Below, in pieces: positions 19,339-28,924 of a stretch of 46,723 bases of DNA (its first letter is position 1; each line of letters opens with the position of its first letter). A program made the position numbers and the translations under genes. The notes under the pieces are model-generated. The model was not told the DNA's origin and ran no database searches. It saw only the letters and a program-made list of their open reading frames with translations. The DNA comes from Candidatus Woesearchaeota archaeon (GTDB taxonomy: Archaea; Nanobdellota; Nanobdellia; SCGC-AAA011-G17; JAGVZF01): the NCBI GenBank assembly GCA_018302805.1, contig JAGVZD010000002.1:1-46723 (forward strand). The letters are read 5' to 3'.

Positions 19339-20077
19339 TCTTCTTCTTTGATTTAGGTTTTATTGATTTAACAGGTTTCTTTTTTTGGTGTTTTTCAGTT
19401 TCTGTATTTTCTAAGACAACTTCTTCTTTTATTTCCATCTTATTTTCAATAGGTTCTACAATGAGGGGTACTTTTTCGATTTCCCTTAAAGTAATTTTAT
19501 CAGGTAATTTAATATCGGGAGTTAGTATTATTACTTTTACTCCGACTGATCCAGACTTCAAGTGTGCAACTGCGTATCCAACATTAACAAAATTCTCTGC
19601 TATATCTCCTGATTTTTTTAAGTATCCTGCTGAAAATCTCCAAGATTTAGCCCTGCTACTTGGAATACCTCTACCAGAAATGATTATTTCTGCGCCCAGA
19701 GCACCTGAATTTATTATATCCTGTAACCTCTGATATCCTAAAGATTTAAACCTTTTTGGACCGAATCTCTCGAAAGTGTGAACAATAGATTTAGCGATTG
19801 TTTTTGCACTAAGATTAGGATTAATTACTTCAGCAACCTCAACTTGCGGATTTTCCATTTTAAATTTTGTTTTTAATATCTCTGTTAAATCTTTTATCTT
19901 AGAACCTCGTCTTCCGACAATTAATCCTGGTTTTGAAGTATGGATTATTATTCTCTCCCCTAATGGAGTTCTTTGAATTTCAGTATGAGAGTAACCATCT
20001 TTATCTAAGGTATTAGAGATAAATTCCTCTATCTTAAATTCCTTAATTTTCCTTGCAATAAATTGTCTTTCAATCAT
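19319..20077 (-). CDS. rps3: 30S ribosomal protein S3
   Basis: KPGLIVGRRG KH domain, GVKV. Confidence 0.97.
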   Translation of the reverse strand: MIERQFIARKIKEFKIEEFISNTLDKDGYSHTEIQRTPLGERIIIHTSKPGLIVGRRGSKIKDLTEILKTKFKMENPQVEVAEVINPNLSAKTIAKSIVHTFERFGPKRFKSLGYQRLQDIINSGALGAEIIISGRGIPSSRAKSWRFSAGYLKKSGDIAENFVNVGYAVAHLKSGSVGVKVIILTPDIKLPDKITLREIEKVPLIVEPIENKMEIKEEVVLENTETEKHQKKKPVKSIKPKSKKKNGNTEK

Positions 20078-20078
20078 T

Positions 20079-20549
20079 TTATGTAGAGGTTATTTGTTTT
20101 TCCTCCAATTGTACTTCAATATGTGTCCTTTTCATTTTAATTCCTCGATGTCTTCCTGGATGATGCATTCTGTTTCCCTTATTAGCAATCATCTTAGATA
20201 TTATCAAGTTACTAGCATCAAGACCTTTATTTTCTGCATTGGCCTCAGCAGAATTCAGAAGCTTAAGGATCTCCTTTGATGCCTTGTTCGGATATCTACC
20301 CGCGGCAATTCCAGGCTTGTGACCAGTGTCCATATTAAATCTTAGATATGGTATTGCAGTCTTCTTTACTATTACATTACTAAGTATTTTTTTTGCTTTC
20401 TGAAGGTCCTTATATCTGAGGAAATTACATATTTCTATAGATTGTTTTGTAGATATGGGTAAATTATCAGCTTTAGCTAAAGCTGTATGATCTGCATTTG
20501 TACTTGCAGATGATTCCTTAATTTTTTTTATTTTTGTTGATGTTACCAT
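20079..20549 (-). CDS. rpl22: 50S ribosomal protein L22
   Basis: GRYPNKA, AEANAENKGL, THIEV. Confidence 0.95.
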   Translation of the reverse strand: MVTSTKIKKIKESSASTNADHTALAKADNLPISTKQSIEICNFLRYKDLQKAKKILSNVIVKKTAIPYLRFNMDTGHKPGIAAGRYPNKASKEILKLLNSAEANAENKGLDASNLIISKMIANKGNRMHHPGRHRGIKMKRTHIEVQLEEKQITST

Positions 20550-20551
20550 GT

Positions 20552-20947
20552 TTATTTAACTGATACTGATGCACTTGATTTAGTTGCTCCAATTCCTGGC
20601 GCAGAGTGTTTAACTTTTACTCTGGTTTGTGTGAATTCTCCAAGATAATGGCCAAGCATTTCTTCTATAATAGTCACTGGACTAAACTCCTTACCTTGAT
20701 GAACTAAAATTGTTAGACCAAGCATTTCAGGTAAGATTACCATGTCACGGCAATGTGTTTTTATTTGCTTCTTAGACATTCCTGAATTATGTTTTCTTAT
20801 TTTTTCCAGTAAACTTTTCTGAGCAGGCGTAAAGCCCCTCTTTAAGCTTCTTCTTTGTCTTGAATTAATTAATTCCATAAAAGATTCAATTGATAATTTC
20901 TTGAGTTCTTCAATATTTTTTCCATAAAATAATATTTCTTTGGCCAT
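20552..20947 (-). CDS. rps19: 30S ribosomal protein S19
   Basis: KTHCRDMVILPEM, GHYLGEF, PGIGAT. Confidence 0.95.
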   Translation of the reverse strand: MAKEILFYGKNIEELKKLSIESFMELINSRQRRSLKRGFTPAQKSLLEKIRKHNSGMSKKQIKTHCRDMVILPEMLGLTILVHQGKEFSPVTIIEEMLGHYLGEFTQTRVKVKHSAPGIGATKSSASVSVK

Positions 20948-20948
20948 T

Positions 20949-21674
20949 TTACTTCTTCTTACCTGTTCTTCTTGCTGCAATTAAACCAACCTTTCTTCCA
21001 GGAGGCGCATTTCTGCTAACAGTTTTTGGTTTACCAATATGCTTACCCCTCCCTGAACCAAATGGATGATCTACTGCATTCATTGATACACCTGATGTAA
21101 TTGGATATAATCTATTTCTTGCTTTCATGGCATAGAACTTTTTGCCTGCTTTACCAAATGGTTTTTCTAATCTACCTGCACCACTTACTACCCCAATAGT
21201 TGCTCTACACGAAGCATTAAATTCTTTTGTTTTCTTGCTTGGAAATTGCACAATTACTTTGTACTCGGTTTTTGATACAATTTGTGCGGATGATCCTCCT
21301 GTCCTAATAAATTTCCCGCCATCGCCAGGATTACCTTCAATATTGAATATACTAGTTCCAATTGGGATACTTTTTAATGGTAAAATATTTCCAATAGATA
21401 TGGGGGAGCTATTTCCAGAATATATTACCTGTTTAGTCACAGTACCATGTGGCGCTGCAAGCAAAATTTCTTCCCCAGTTTCAAATTTCACTTTTGCAAG
21501 TGGAGCTGAATGTCCAGAGCAATGTAATAAATCTATAATAATTCCCGAAACTGAACTATTTTGCTCTTTATCATCGTAATTTCTATAGGATAGCTTTCCA
21601 ACAAAATTATGACTTGGAGCCCTATAAGTAGATGTTCCTCGTCCTCTATGCCTGGCAATTATTCTCTTACCCAT
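20949..21674 (-). CDS. rpl2: 50S ribosomal protein L2
   Basis: MGKRI, MNAVDHPFGSG, PPGRKVG. Confidence 0.97.
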   Translation of the reverse strand: MGKRIIARHRGRGTSTYRAPSHNFVGKLSYRNYDDKEQNSSVSGIIIDLLHCSGHSAPLAKVKFETGEEILLAAPHGTVTKQVIYSGNSSPISIGNILPLKSIPIGTSIFNIEGNPGDGGKFIRTGGSSAQIVSKTEYKVIVQFPSKKTKEFNASCRATIGVVSGAGRLEKPFGKAGKKFYAMKARNRLYPITSGVSMNAVDHPFGSGRGKHIGKPKTVSRNAPPGRKVGLIAARRTGKKK

Positions 21675-21675
21675 T

Positions 21676-21936
21676 TTATATCAAACCTAGTTGTGTCGCG
21701 ATGTCTATCGCTGGTGTATCTGGAGATAATTTAACATATGCTTTTTTTAAGCCCTCTCCGGTTATTAAAGTGTTAACGTGAAGTACTTTAACATTAAATG
21801 CTTTTTCTACAGCATCCTTTATTTGTGTTTTGTTTGATTTTCTTTCAACTATAAGTATCAACTTATTCTCCATTTCCATTACTCTGACTGATTTTTCAGT
21901 TGCCAGAGGATATTTAATGATTCTGTATGGATCCAT
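21676..21936 (-). CDS. rpl23: 50S ribosomal protein L23
   Basis: PLATEK, KKAYVKL. Confidence 0.97.
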   Translation of the reverse strand: MDPYRIIKYPLATEKSVRVMEMENKLILIVERKSNKTQIKDAVEKAFNVKVLHVNTLITGEGLKKAYVKLSPDTPAIDIATQLGLI

Positions 21937-21937
21937 T

Positions 21938-22768
21938 TTATTCTTTTATTTTAATTTTCCTCGACTGATTTAAAAATAATTTTTCTCTTGAAAGTTTTTC
22001 TATTGATTTATTTGACCATATAATTAAACGACCTGGATTTGCACCTGGAGCTAACAATTCTGCATTGAGATTATTGACGACGCAGACATCAAATCCAGGT
22101 ATATTTTCTGCTGCTTTTATTACAGAGCATTTAGAAGATACTACTATGAGAGGTCCTTTCTTAATTCTATATTTCCTTCCTCTCAATCTTGCAGCGCCTG
22201 CTTTTATTTTTCTCTTTAATGTATTTGCTAGTTCTTTTTCAAGACCTAATTTGTTTAATATCTGAGTTAATTCTTTAGTTTTACTTATTTTTTCAAATTC
22301 TTCTATTAAAATAATTGGTGCTTTTGAAGTATAATTTTTTTCTTCTAATAAATCTTTGTTTATTGATGCAGCTATAGCAGATCTGATTGCTTTTCTTCTC
22401 TCACCAATGTTAAGTTTTTGAGTATAATCTTTACCTGCTTTTGGCGGATGTGCTCTTCTTCCCCCAACTGTGTTTGGAGCAAATGCACCTACCCAACCAA
22501 ATTGTGATCCTCTATGCCATATCACTTTTCTTGGGCTTCTTGAAATACCAAGACCATAACTCCTTTTATAATCTCGTCTTCTTTTCGAGATTCTAACACT
22601 TGGTCTCTTGCCAGCTTCTGGAAACGCACCATATGGTTGTCTAGAATTATTCTGGACTGCAAGAGAAGCTTTCTTAATTAAATCTAATCTTATTGGTTCA
22701 TCAAAATGAATTGGTAAATCTACTGAACCTACTTTCTGTCCGTTTAAATCTAAGATATCAGCTTTCAT
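21938..22768 (-). CDS. rpl4: 50S ribosomal protein L4
   Basis: GGRRAHPPK, LLAPG..PGRL. Confidence 0.97.
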   Translation of the reverse strand: MKADILDLNGQKVGSVDLPIHFDEPIRLDLIKKASLAVQNNSRQPYGAFPEAGKRPSVRISKRRRDYKRSYGLGISRSPRKVIWHRGSQFGWVGAFAPNTVGGRRAHPPKAGKDYTQKLNIGERRKAIRSAIAASINKDLLEEKNYTSKAPIILIEEFEKISKTKELTQILNKLGLEKELANTLKRKIKAGAARLRGRKYRIKKGPLIVVSSKCSVIKAAENIPGFDVCVVNNLNAELLAPGANPGRLIIWSNKSIEKLSREKLFLNQSRKIKIKE

Positions 22769-23735
22769 TTTTAACACTTATATAACTTATATTAATTGGA
22801 TGGGCTTTTTTAAATGGTCTAATTGCTTCAGAGAACCTTATTAATCTTTTATATGGCCCTGGTACAGATCCTCTAAGTAATAAATACTCATTTTTGATAT
22901 TGCCATAATGCTTGAACATTGATTTTGGTGTTATTTTTGAACTGTCTTTTTGAATGTCCAAAATAATATTATTAAAAATAGTTCTTGTGTGAAATCCCAT
23001 TTGTCCTTTCTGAGGAACTCTAAAAGATACTTTTGAAGGGGTCCATGGACCTAAGTTTGCTGGGGCTCTTCTTTTCTTTTCTGATTTGTGAGATTTAAGA
23101 TTTATTCCAAATCTTTTAACAGGACCTTGAAGGCCTTTTCCTTTGGTTATTGCATGAATATCAACAAATTGGCCTTGTTTGAAATAGTCGCTAACTTTTA
23201 ACTCTTTATCTAGCAAGGATTTTGCAAAATTTAATTTTTCCTGAACTTCGGATCCCCCAATATCAACTTCGAAGACCTCTGGCTTTTTCTTTTCTAAAGT
23301 TGTTAATTTGGGTTGAGTATAAATTAGAATTTTTATATCTTTGATATTACCTAGATTAATATCATCTATATTTTTATTATATTTTTTAGGTATTTTTAAT
23401 TTCCTAGATAATTCTTTGTCTAATTTCGAATTTAAGAAATCTGTGTGTACTTTTAATTGATTATCTTCATGCTTATAAAACCTAATTGCATAAACTTTAA
23501 TAGGAGGACATTCAATAATAGTAGCAGGAGTATAGATATTTTCTTCTTTAGTTGCTGAATGAGGATTTGAATCTTTTAAAAGTAAATGGGTCATGCCTAC
23601 TTTGTAACCACAAAATCCCATTAATTTAAGTTCATTAGTCTTTTTCCAAGCTCTAATTCGTGGATATATTCTACTAGCTCTCTTCCTCGGCCAGTATTGC
23701 AAACTTCCTGCTCTTGGTTTATGTGCTCTTGGCAT
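22758..23735 (-). CDS. rpl3: 50S ribosomal protein L3
   Basis: GSLQYWPRKRA, GYKVGMTH, GKGLQGPVKRFG. Confidence 0.97.
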   Translation of the reverse strand: MPRAHKPRAGSLQYWPRKRASRIYPRIRAWKKTNELKLMGFCGYKVGMTHLLLKDSNPHSATKEENIYTPATIIECPPIKVYAIRFYKHEDNQLKVHTDFLNSKLDKELSRKLKIPKKYNKNIDDINLGNIKDIKILIYTQPKLTTLEKKKPEVFEVDIGGSEVQEKLNFAKSLLDKELKVSDYFKQGQFVDIHAITKGKGLQGPVKRFGINLKSHKSEKKRRAPANLGPWTPSKVSFRVPQKGQMGFHTRTIFNNIILDIQKDSSKITPKSMFKHYGNIKNEYLLLRGSVPGPYKRLIRFSEAIRPFKKAHPINISYISVKNES

Positions 23736-23885
23736 TTTTTAATATTATTTTTTAATAGTCTAATAACTTGCAGAATAAGCGGCTTCTTATGTACAGTAGG
23801 GAATTTTAAAGAATTTGCTAGTATTTATAAAGGTTGTGGTAGAGATTTGAATAAATTGGGAATTGAGGCGATGACAATTTAAATT

Positions 23886-24374
23886 TTATCCGCCAGAATC
23901 ATCAGAAGAACTTCGCTCATATTGAGAACCTTCTGAAACTAATTGAATCTCTATATTTACATCAAAAGGTTTAGAAAGATCTTTCATAAGGATTATTAAT
24001 TCTTCAATATTTTCTCTGCCATTGGCTTCTAAAACCCATTTACTGTTAGAAACTGTATTTCTTGCTTGATTACTTATCCATAATGTTCCTAGATCAAAGG
24101 CATATTGCTTTTGTTTCCATTTAATTCCAAGAAAATTTTTTTGAATTGGATCCCTAGGTTTTAAGATAGTAATAGCATCAGGATCTGGTTCTTCTACTCT
24201 CCATCCACATGAATTCCCGATTATATAATTTTTACTCTTAAGATATTCTGCAATTTTATAGGCTGGAGTTTCATAATAAGATACCTTATTTTCTTTAATT
24301 TTTTGAGTTATTTGAGAATTATCTGAATATTGTCCTGAAGATTCAATCTTTCCTAAATAATCATCTATTGGCAT
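23886..24374 (-). CDS. hypothetical protein
   Basis: 162-aa ORF starting 3 nt after the upstream gene's stop; N-terminus MPIDDYL resembles the neighbour's MPIDQYF. Confidence 0.7.
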   Translation of the reverse strand: MPIDDYLGKIESSGQYSDNSQITQKIKENKVSYYETPAYKIAEYLKSKNYIIGNSCGWRVEEPDPDAITILKPRDPIQKNFLGIKWKQKQYAFDLGTLWISNQARNTVSNSKWVLEANGRENIEELIILMKDLSKPFDVNIEIQLVSEGSQYERSSSDDSGG

Positions 24375-24377
24375 TTT

Positions 24378-25094
24378 TTATGTTTTAATTTTTACACGTC
24401 GTACCCCGAGTCCAGGAGACCGGTACGTAGCACCCCTATTGCAGTCCAGACCAGCCCTACCTGAATTAGCGAAGAACACAGCGACAGAATTATTTATTGG
24501 AGCAAAATACCATAAATTTCCACTTTTGATATTACTTGGGGGCAATCCATGCCTTGTTAAAGTATCAATCCATTGTTCTAAATCTATTCCAGGATTTTTA
24601 TTGTCCGACAAGTAATCTTCTAATAGTATGAAATGTGCAGGTTGTAATTTGTTATTGAAAGTTCTATGATCATAATTTATTATTAATGATTTATCAGTTG
24701 GATTAACTTTAAAATCTGCATCTAACCATTCTCCTTGCCAAGGATCTTTTATTTCTAAAATATCATAAGCCATTTTGAGTAATATTGATTCGTCAATTCT
24801 TTGCCCATTTCCATCAAAACCTCTGCCAATTTTTAATAAGGATAAAAAATCTACATATTGTCTTATATTTAGCATAAATGAATTTTCACGATGCAATGCA
24901 TGATGAGCATTAAACCAGTTTAATCCAAAATGTGATTTTTCACAGGAGATTAATAAATCCCGATAAGAATATGATCCATGTGATTTACCTTCAAGAAAGA
25001 TATATCCTTTGTCATTTGCACTTTTGGAGGTGAATCTAATTTTATCAGAAGTTCGTACACCTTCTAGTTTATCGAAATATTGGTCAATTGGCAT
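24378..25094 (-). CDS. putative DGR-target-like protein (C-type-lectin-like fold, variable-region-like C-terminus)
   Basis: EW motif then C-terminal VAVFFANSGRAGLDCNRGATYRSPGLGVRR encoded by a locally GC-richer segment. Confidence 0.6.
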   Translation of the reverse strand: MPIDQYFDKLEGVRTSDKIRFTSKSANDKGYIFLEGKSHGSYSYRDLLISCEKSHFGLNWFNAHHALHRENSFMLNIRQYVDFLSLLKIGRGFDGNGQRIDESILLKMAYDILEIKDPWQGEWLDADFKVNPTDKSLIINYDHRTFNNKLQPAHFILLEDYLSDNKNPGIDLEQWIDTLTRHGLPPSNIKSGNLWYFAPINNSVAVFFANSGRAGLDCNRGATYRSPGLGVRRVKIKT

Positions 25095-25223
25095 AATTCT
25101 ACTATGGAAAAAGCCCTTTATAAATATTTCTAATTTTACTTTCTTTGTAGTAGTAAAAATTTATTAGAATTTAAAATTGCCCTTAAACTGATAGAATTTG
25201 ATTTGATTTTTTGTTAAAGAATT

Positions 25224-25883
25224 TTAAATATCCTGTGATTTTGTCTCCTGTTGTCTCTCTTTTAATTTTTTTTCTCTTTCTGGAGAATCATGCCACTTCC
25301 TGTATCTATCCCAAATTTCAGACCAAATATTATCAAAATATCTAGGAGAAACAATCGCTGCATCATTCCTCAATTTCTTAAGACTAACAACATGGGGATA
25401 TTTATTGTCAAACGAAAATAAATAACTATATGTTTTTTCTAAATCTAATTTACTTAAGAAATCAGTATAGCTCAATTCATCTTCTTTAAATCCACAATCC
25501 TCTATTCCAGTTATCTTTTCATAGATTTTATTATCGAGGGAACCTGATTCAATGAATTTCGATTGAATATTAGAAGGATTTTTACTCTTTTTTAAGTCAA
25601 TTTTATAATCAGATAAAGATTCAAGAAGTGTATTATAATCAGATGTGGGAATTAATCTTAAATTTGGGTAATCGTGGTTATCCTTAGCTCCTTTGGAGTA
25701 TAAATATGATTGAAACTTTTGAATTTCTGGTTCTGGAACATAAACTGTAAAAATGTCAATATTCTCTGTTGGTTTATTTAGGATTAAATCAAGACCAAAT
25801 CTACCTGTAGCAAACCAATGGTACTTAGAACTCTTTAATGTGTCTACAATATCTCCTTTCAAATAAAATTCTCTAATATCCAT
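25224..25883 (-). CDS. hypothetical protein, possibly AbiEi-like partner or degenerate nucleotidyltransferase
   Basis: WFATGRFGLDL...IDIFTVYV segment; 30 nt downstream of a nucleotidyltransferase gene on the same strand. Confidence 0.45.
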   Translation of the reverse strand: MDIREFYLKGDIVDTLKSSKYHWFATGRFGLDLILNKPTENIDIFTVYVPEPEIQKFQSYLYSKGAKDNHDYPNLRLIPTSDYNTLLESLSDYKIDLKKSKNPSNIQSKFIESGSLDNKIYEKITGIEDCGFKEDELSYTDFLSKLDLEKTYSYLFSFDNKYPHVVSLKKLRNDAAIVSPRYFDNIWSEIWDRYRKWHDSPEREKKLKERQQETKSQDI

Positions 25884-25913
25884 AAATAATCAAAGGTAAA
25901 TAGTTTTATTAAG

Positions 25914-26732
25914 CTATGCTCGAGCTAATTTGCAATACCCAGCCATATATTCTTGGCTAGGTCTAACTAGAACTTCTTCATTAGGCTTACCAATTGTATT
26001 ATAAAGACTAATGACTTTAGCAAGTTTAAGTTTCTGTTTACTACCTAGTTCAGCATAAATATCATTTACCATATACTTTTCAATTTCAGCTAATCCAAGT
26101 AAATTATAAATATCTGCAATATCTCTATCTCTTGGTAATCCAGTTTTTGTTTCTACATTTAGTTTTAACTTTATCAAGTCGATAATGCTCATTGCTCTGA
26201 TATTGTGTCCTAATATATCAATATCTCTTGATCTACTCCATATCTTTTCATCAATTTCCTCTCTACATAATACAATATCTCCTGCAGATTTGGGAACATA
26301 AAGATCTATTTTAAAAGGAGGTTTACTGGGATTTCCTTCCAATTCCCTAAGTAATTCAAGTTCATCTTTGATATAAGCAACATCCTTATCTGGAAAATGG
26401 GATGTATTTACTTCAACTTCTTCAAAAGCACCTTCTAGAACAGATTCAATGCTATAATCTCTTGAAACAAGATCAAGGTCGTGTGAACCCCTCCATCTAC
26501 TAAGTATTTTATCTCCTCTTGCACTATATAGATGAGCCAAAACCGCATAGCCTCCAATAAGCATATATTTCTCTTGTAATCCTGTAGAATTTAACTTTTC
26601 ACAAACAGCAATTAAATAATTAAACGCTCTTGAGAAGTCCTCTGATTTATTATTTAAATCTCTTAAAATAGACTCCATTCTATTAGAGTCTACCTTATCT
26701 ACAAATGCAAAGGCAATATCTTCTAATCCCAT
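25914..26732 (-). CDS. Pol-beta superfamily nucleotidyltransferase (AbiEii-like)
   Basis: LIGGYAV, RGSHDLDL, KIDLY, LIKLKL, RDRDIADI motifs. Confidence 0.75.
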   Translation of the reverse strand: MGLEDIAFAFVDKVDSNRMESILRDLNNKSEDFSRAFNYLIAVCEKLNSTGLQEKYMLIGGYAVLAHLYSARGDKILSRWRGSHDLDLVSRDYSIESVLEGAFEEVEVNTSHFPDKDVAYIKDELELLRELEGNPSKPPFKIDLYVPKSAGDIVLCREEIDEKIWSRSRDIDILGHNIRAMSIIDLIKLKLNVETKTGLPRDRDIADIYNLLGLAEIEKYMVNDIYAELGSKQKLKLAKVISLYNTIGKPNEEVLVRPSQEYMAGYCKLARA

Positions 26733-26842
26733 AAATCAAATGAAAATTTTACTCTTTATAAACCTTTCTATTTTTGCTACTTATAGATAGTAAAAAAGGT
26801 AAATCTTATAAGATAGGGCATATATGTAATTAAGTGATTTAA

Positions 26843-27799
26843 ATGTATGAAACAATTGATTTAATTGTACTTCCTAGACAGACCTTGAACCAAGAAGACT
26901 TTCTAGCCAAACCGCAATGTTCTATAGCTTTGGATGGTGTTGTCCGAGGGGGGCCTTTTAGAGATGAAGAAACTAGACATGTTAACTTTGATCATCATGA
27001 TGGAGTTGATAGAGAAATCACTATGAGCACATGTAAACAAGTATTTATGGCAATAAAGGGTGGCTTATTTAAATCTTATAGGCAAAATGGAAAGCCATTT
27101 GCTTATGTTTATGTTAATGATTCTGATCAAGATACATCATTATCTGTATTTGAATTGGAAAATAATAAAATGTTAGAAGGATCTCAAAGTAATCCTTTAT
27201 TTAATAGATTACTTGAATTAACAGATAAATTAGACATAACTGGAGGAGCCTTTCCGCTTAATCTTAGCGATAAATTGATGAGGCAACATTCATGGATATT
27301 CCAGCCTTATTCAGAATTGAGGAAATCAGGAGCACTGGCGACAGCAAATCATCAAGTTATACAAGATAATATTGAATCAATAATGCTTAGGATTAAAGAA
27401 TATCTTATGAATAGAGGTGGGGAAGCTGAGTTAGATATTAGACACAAGATTTTATATGACTCTCCATATGGATATCGTATAATTCATGAAATTGGTGGTA
27501 ATGATGCAAGATACTATTTATTTGGTAATGGTATGGATGCCTTTGTAAGCTTAGTTGCGGAAAGACCTGATGGAAAAAAAGTATGGAGCATTGGAAGGAG
27601 AAGCGGTTATATCCCATTTCCAGTGCAAGAATTATATGATGAATATAATAAAGCAGAAGGTCTTACTAGGGAAAATGGTTGGAATGGTTCTACATTAGTT
27701 GGAGGATCCTCAAGATTTTTCGGGAGTATACTTAATGATAAAGATCTGAGATATTTAACTGACGAATTTCTTGAAAAAAAATATGGAAAAAAAGTTTAA
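26843..27799 (+). CDS. hypothetical protein with DHH-like motifs
   Basis: IALDG, NFDHH, NDSDQD, GWNGS..VGGS. Confidence 0.6.
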   Translation: MYETIDLIVLPRQTLNQEDFLAKPQCSIALDGVVRGGPFRDEETRHVNFDHHDGVDREITMSTCKQVFMAIKGGLFKSYRQNGKPFAYVYVNDSDQDTSLSVFELENNKMLEGSQSNPLFNRLLELTDKLDITGGAFPLNLSDKLMRQHSWIFQPYSELRKSGALATANHQVIQDNIESIMLRIKEYLMNRGGEAELDIRHKILYDSPYGYRIIHEIGGNDARYYLFGNGMDAFVSLVAERPDGKKVWSIGRRSGYIPFPVQELYDEYNKAEGLTRENGWNGSTLVGGSSRFFGSILNDKDLRYLTDEFLEKKYGKKV

Positions 27800-27865
27800 G
27801 ACTGAATCTATAAAATTAAGATTAAGTTTTTATAATTATTTATTTTATTTATTTGTGTGGTAAAA

Positions 27866-28207
27866 ATGAATAAAAAATCTATTGAAAGTATTGAAAAAGA
27901 TGCTAAACCTTTGGATTTAATTATATTGGCACTTCCAGCTAGTGTAATGACATGTAGCACTTCAATGGGCGGAACAGATTATGCTGTGGGATTTTTTGAA
28001 GGTGTTAAAGATGGCTGTGTTTATCTAACTCAAATTCAAAAATCTGCTTATCTGGAGTCAAAGGCTTGTAAGTTTCCAAAAGAAGATATTGATGCATATC
28101 AAATATTAAGAAGATATAAACCTAATCCGAGTGAAGATGGAATTGATGAGGTACTATGTGAAATATTGGGCATACATATCCCTGATTATGATCCAGAAGG
28201 TGATTAA
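27866..28207 (+). CDS. hypothetical protein
   Basis: ORF of ~113 aa following a TTTTTATAA box. Confidence 0.6.
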   Translation: MNKKSIESIEKDAKPLDLIILALPASVMTCSTSMGGTDYAVGFFEGVKDGCVYLTQIQKSAYLESKACKFPKEDIDAYQILRRYKPNPSEDGIDEVLCEILGIHIPDYDPEGD

Positions 28208-28219
28208 TCATTAGGAAAA

Positions 28220-28924
28220 TTAAGCTTCAAATTTAATTTCTTTTTCAAATGTTATTCCATCAACTTCAATGAATCTTTTAATTTTTCCTTTTCTTTTTGC
28301 ATTGACTCTAGCTTTTGCAGGATCATTCGCAAATTCTTTTGGAATAACTAACTCTTCGATTATAAAAGTATGTTTAATTTTAACTTTTGAAAAATCTTTA
28401 TCATAGTCAAATAAAAATTCTTTCGCAAAACTAATATCTTCTGTCTTAAATGTACAAAAATCTGCTTTTGCTGCTTTGTCAGCCCCAGGTTTTGCGGATT
28501 TAGGCAATTTTTGTTTGGTTGTTAAGTTACCATAATCTGTGTTGAATGTAAGCAAAAACAAAGCATTTGGGAACTGTTTTAATGCATTTAATAAATCATC
28601 TTGCGAAATATCTGCAGCTATTTGAAATTTTTTTATACCTGCAAATTGGGAAACATCTGCAATAGGAAATTTAACTTTATCCTTAAATTCCTTATTGTTA
28701 GTTATAACTACACCGCTAATATGTGCAGTATCTTTAATCTTAAGAGCTAATAAGGAAACAAATTCTTTTGCAAATTCGTAGCTAGTTTTTATTTTAAGAT
28801 TTTTTTTAGTTTTATCAATTTCTATAAGAGCTTTATCTTCAAAAATCCCTTTACTATATCTTTCAAACTGAAGATGTACACTTCCATCTATTTTATTTTC
28901 GAATAATTTTTTTATGAAATTCAT
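28220..28924 (-). CDS. hypothetical protein
   Basis: 234-aa ORF whose start overlaps the cutA stop; normal composition. Confidence 0.75.
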   Translation of the reverse strand: MNFIKKLFENKIDGSVHLQFERYSKGIFEDKALIEIDKTKKNLKIKTSYEFAKEFVSLLALKIKDTAHISGVVITNNKEFKDKVKFPIADVSQFAGIKKFQIAADISQDDLLNALKQFPNALFLLTFNTDYGNLTTKQKLPKSAKPGADKAAKADFCTFKTEDISFAKEFLFDYDKDFSKVKIKHTFIIEELVIPKEFANDPAKARVNAKRKGKIKRFIEVDGITFEKEIKFEA

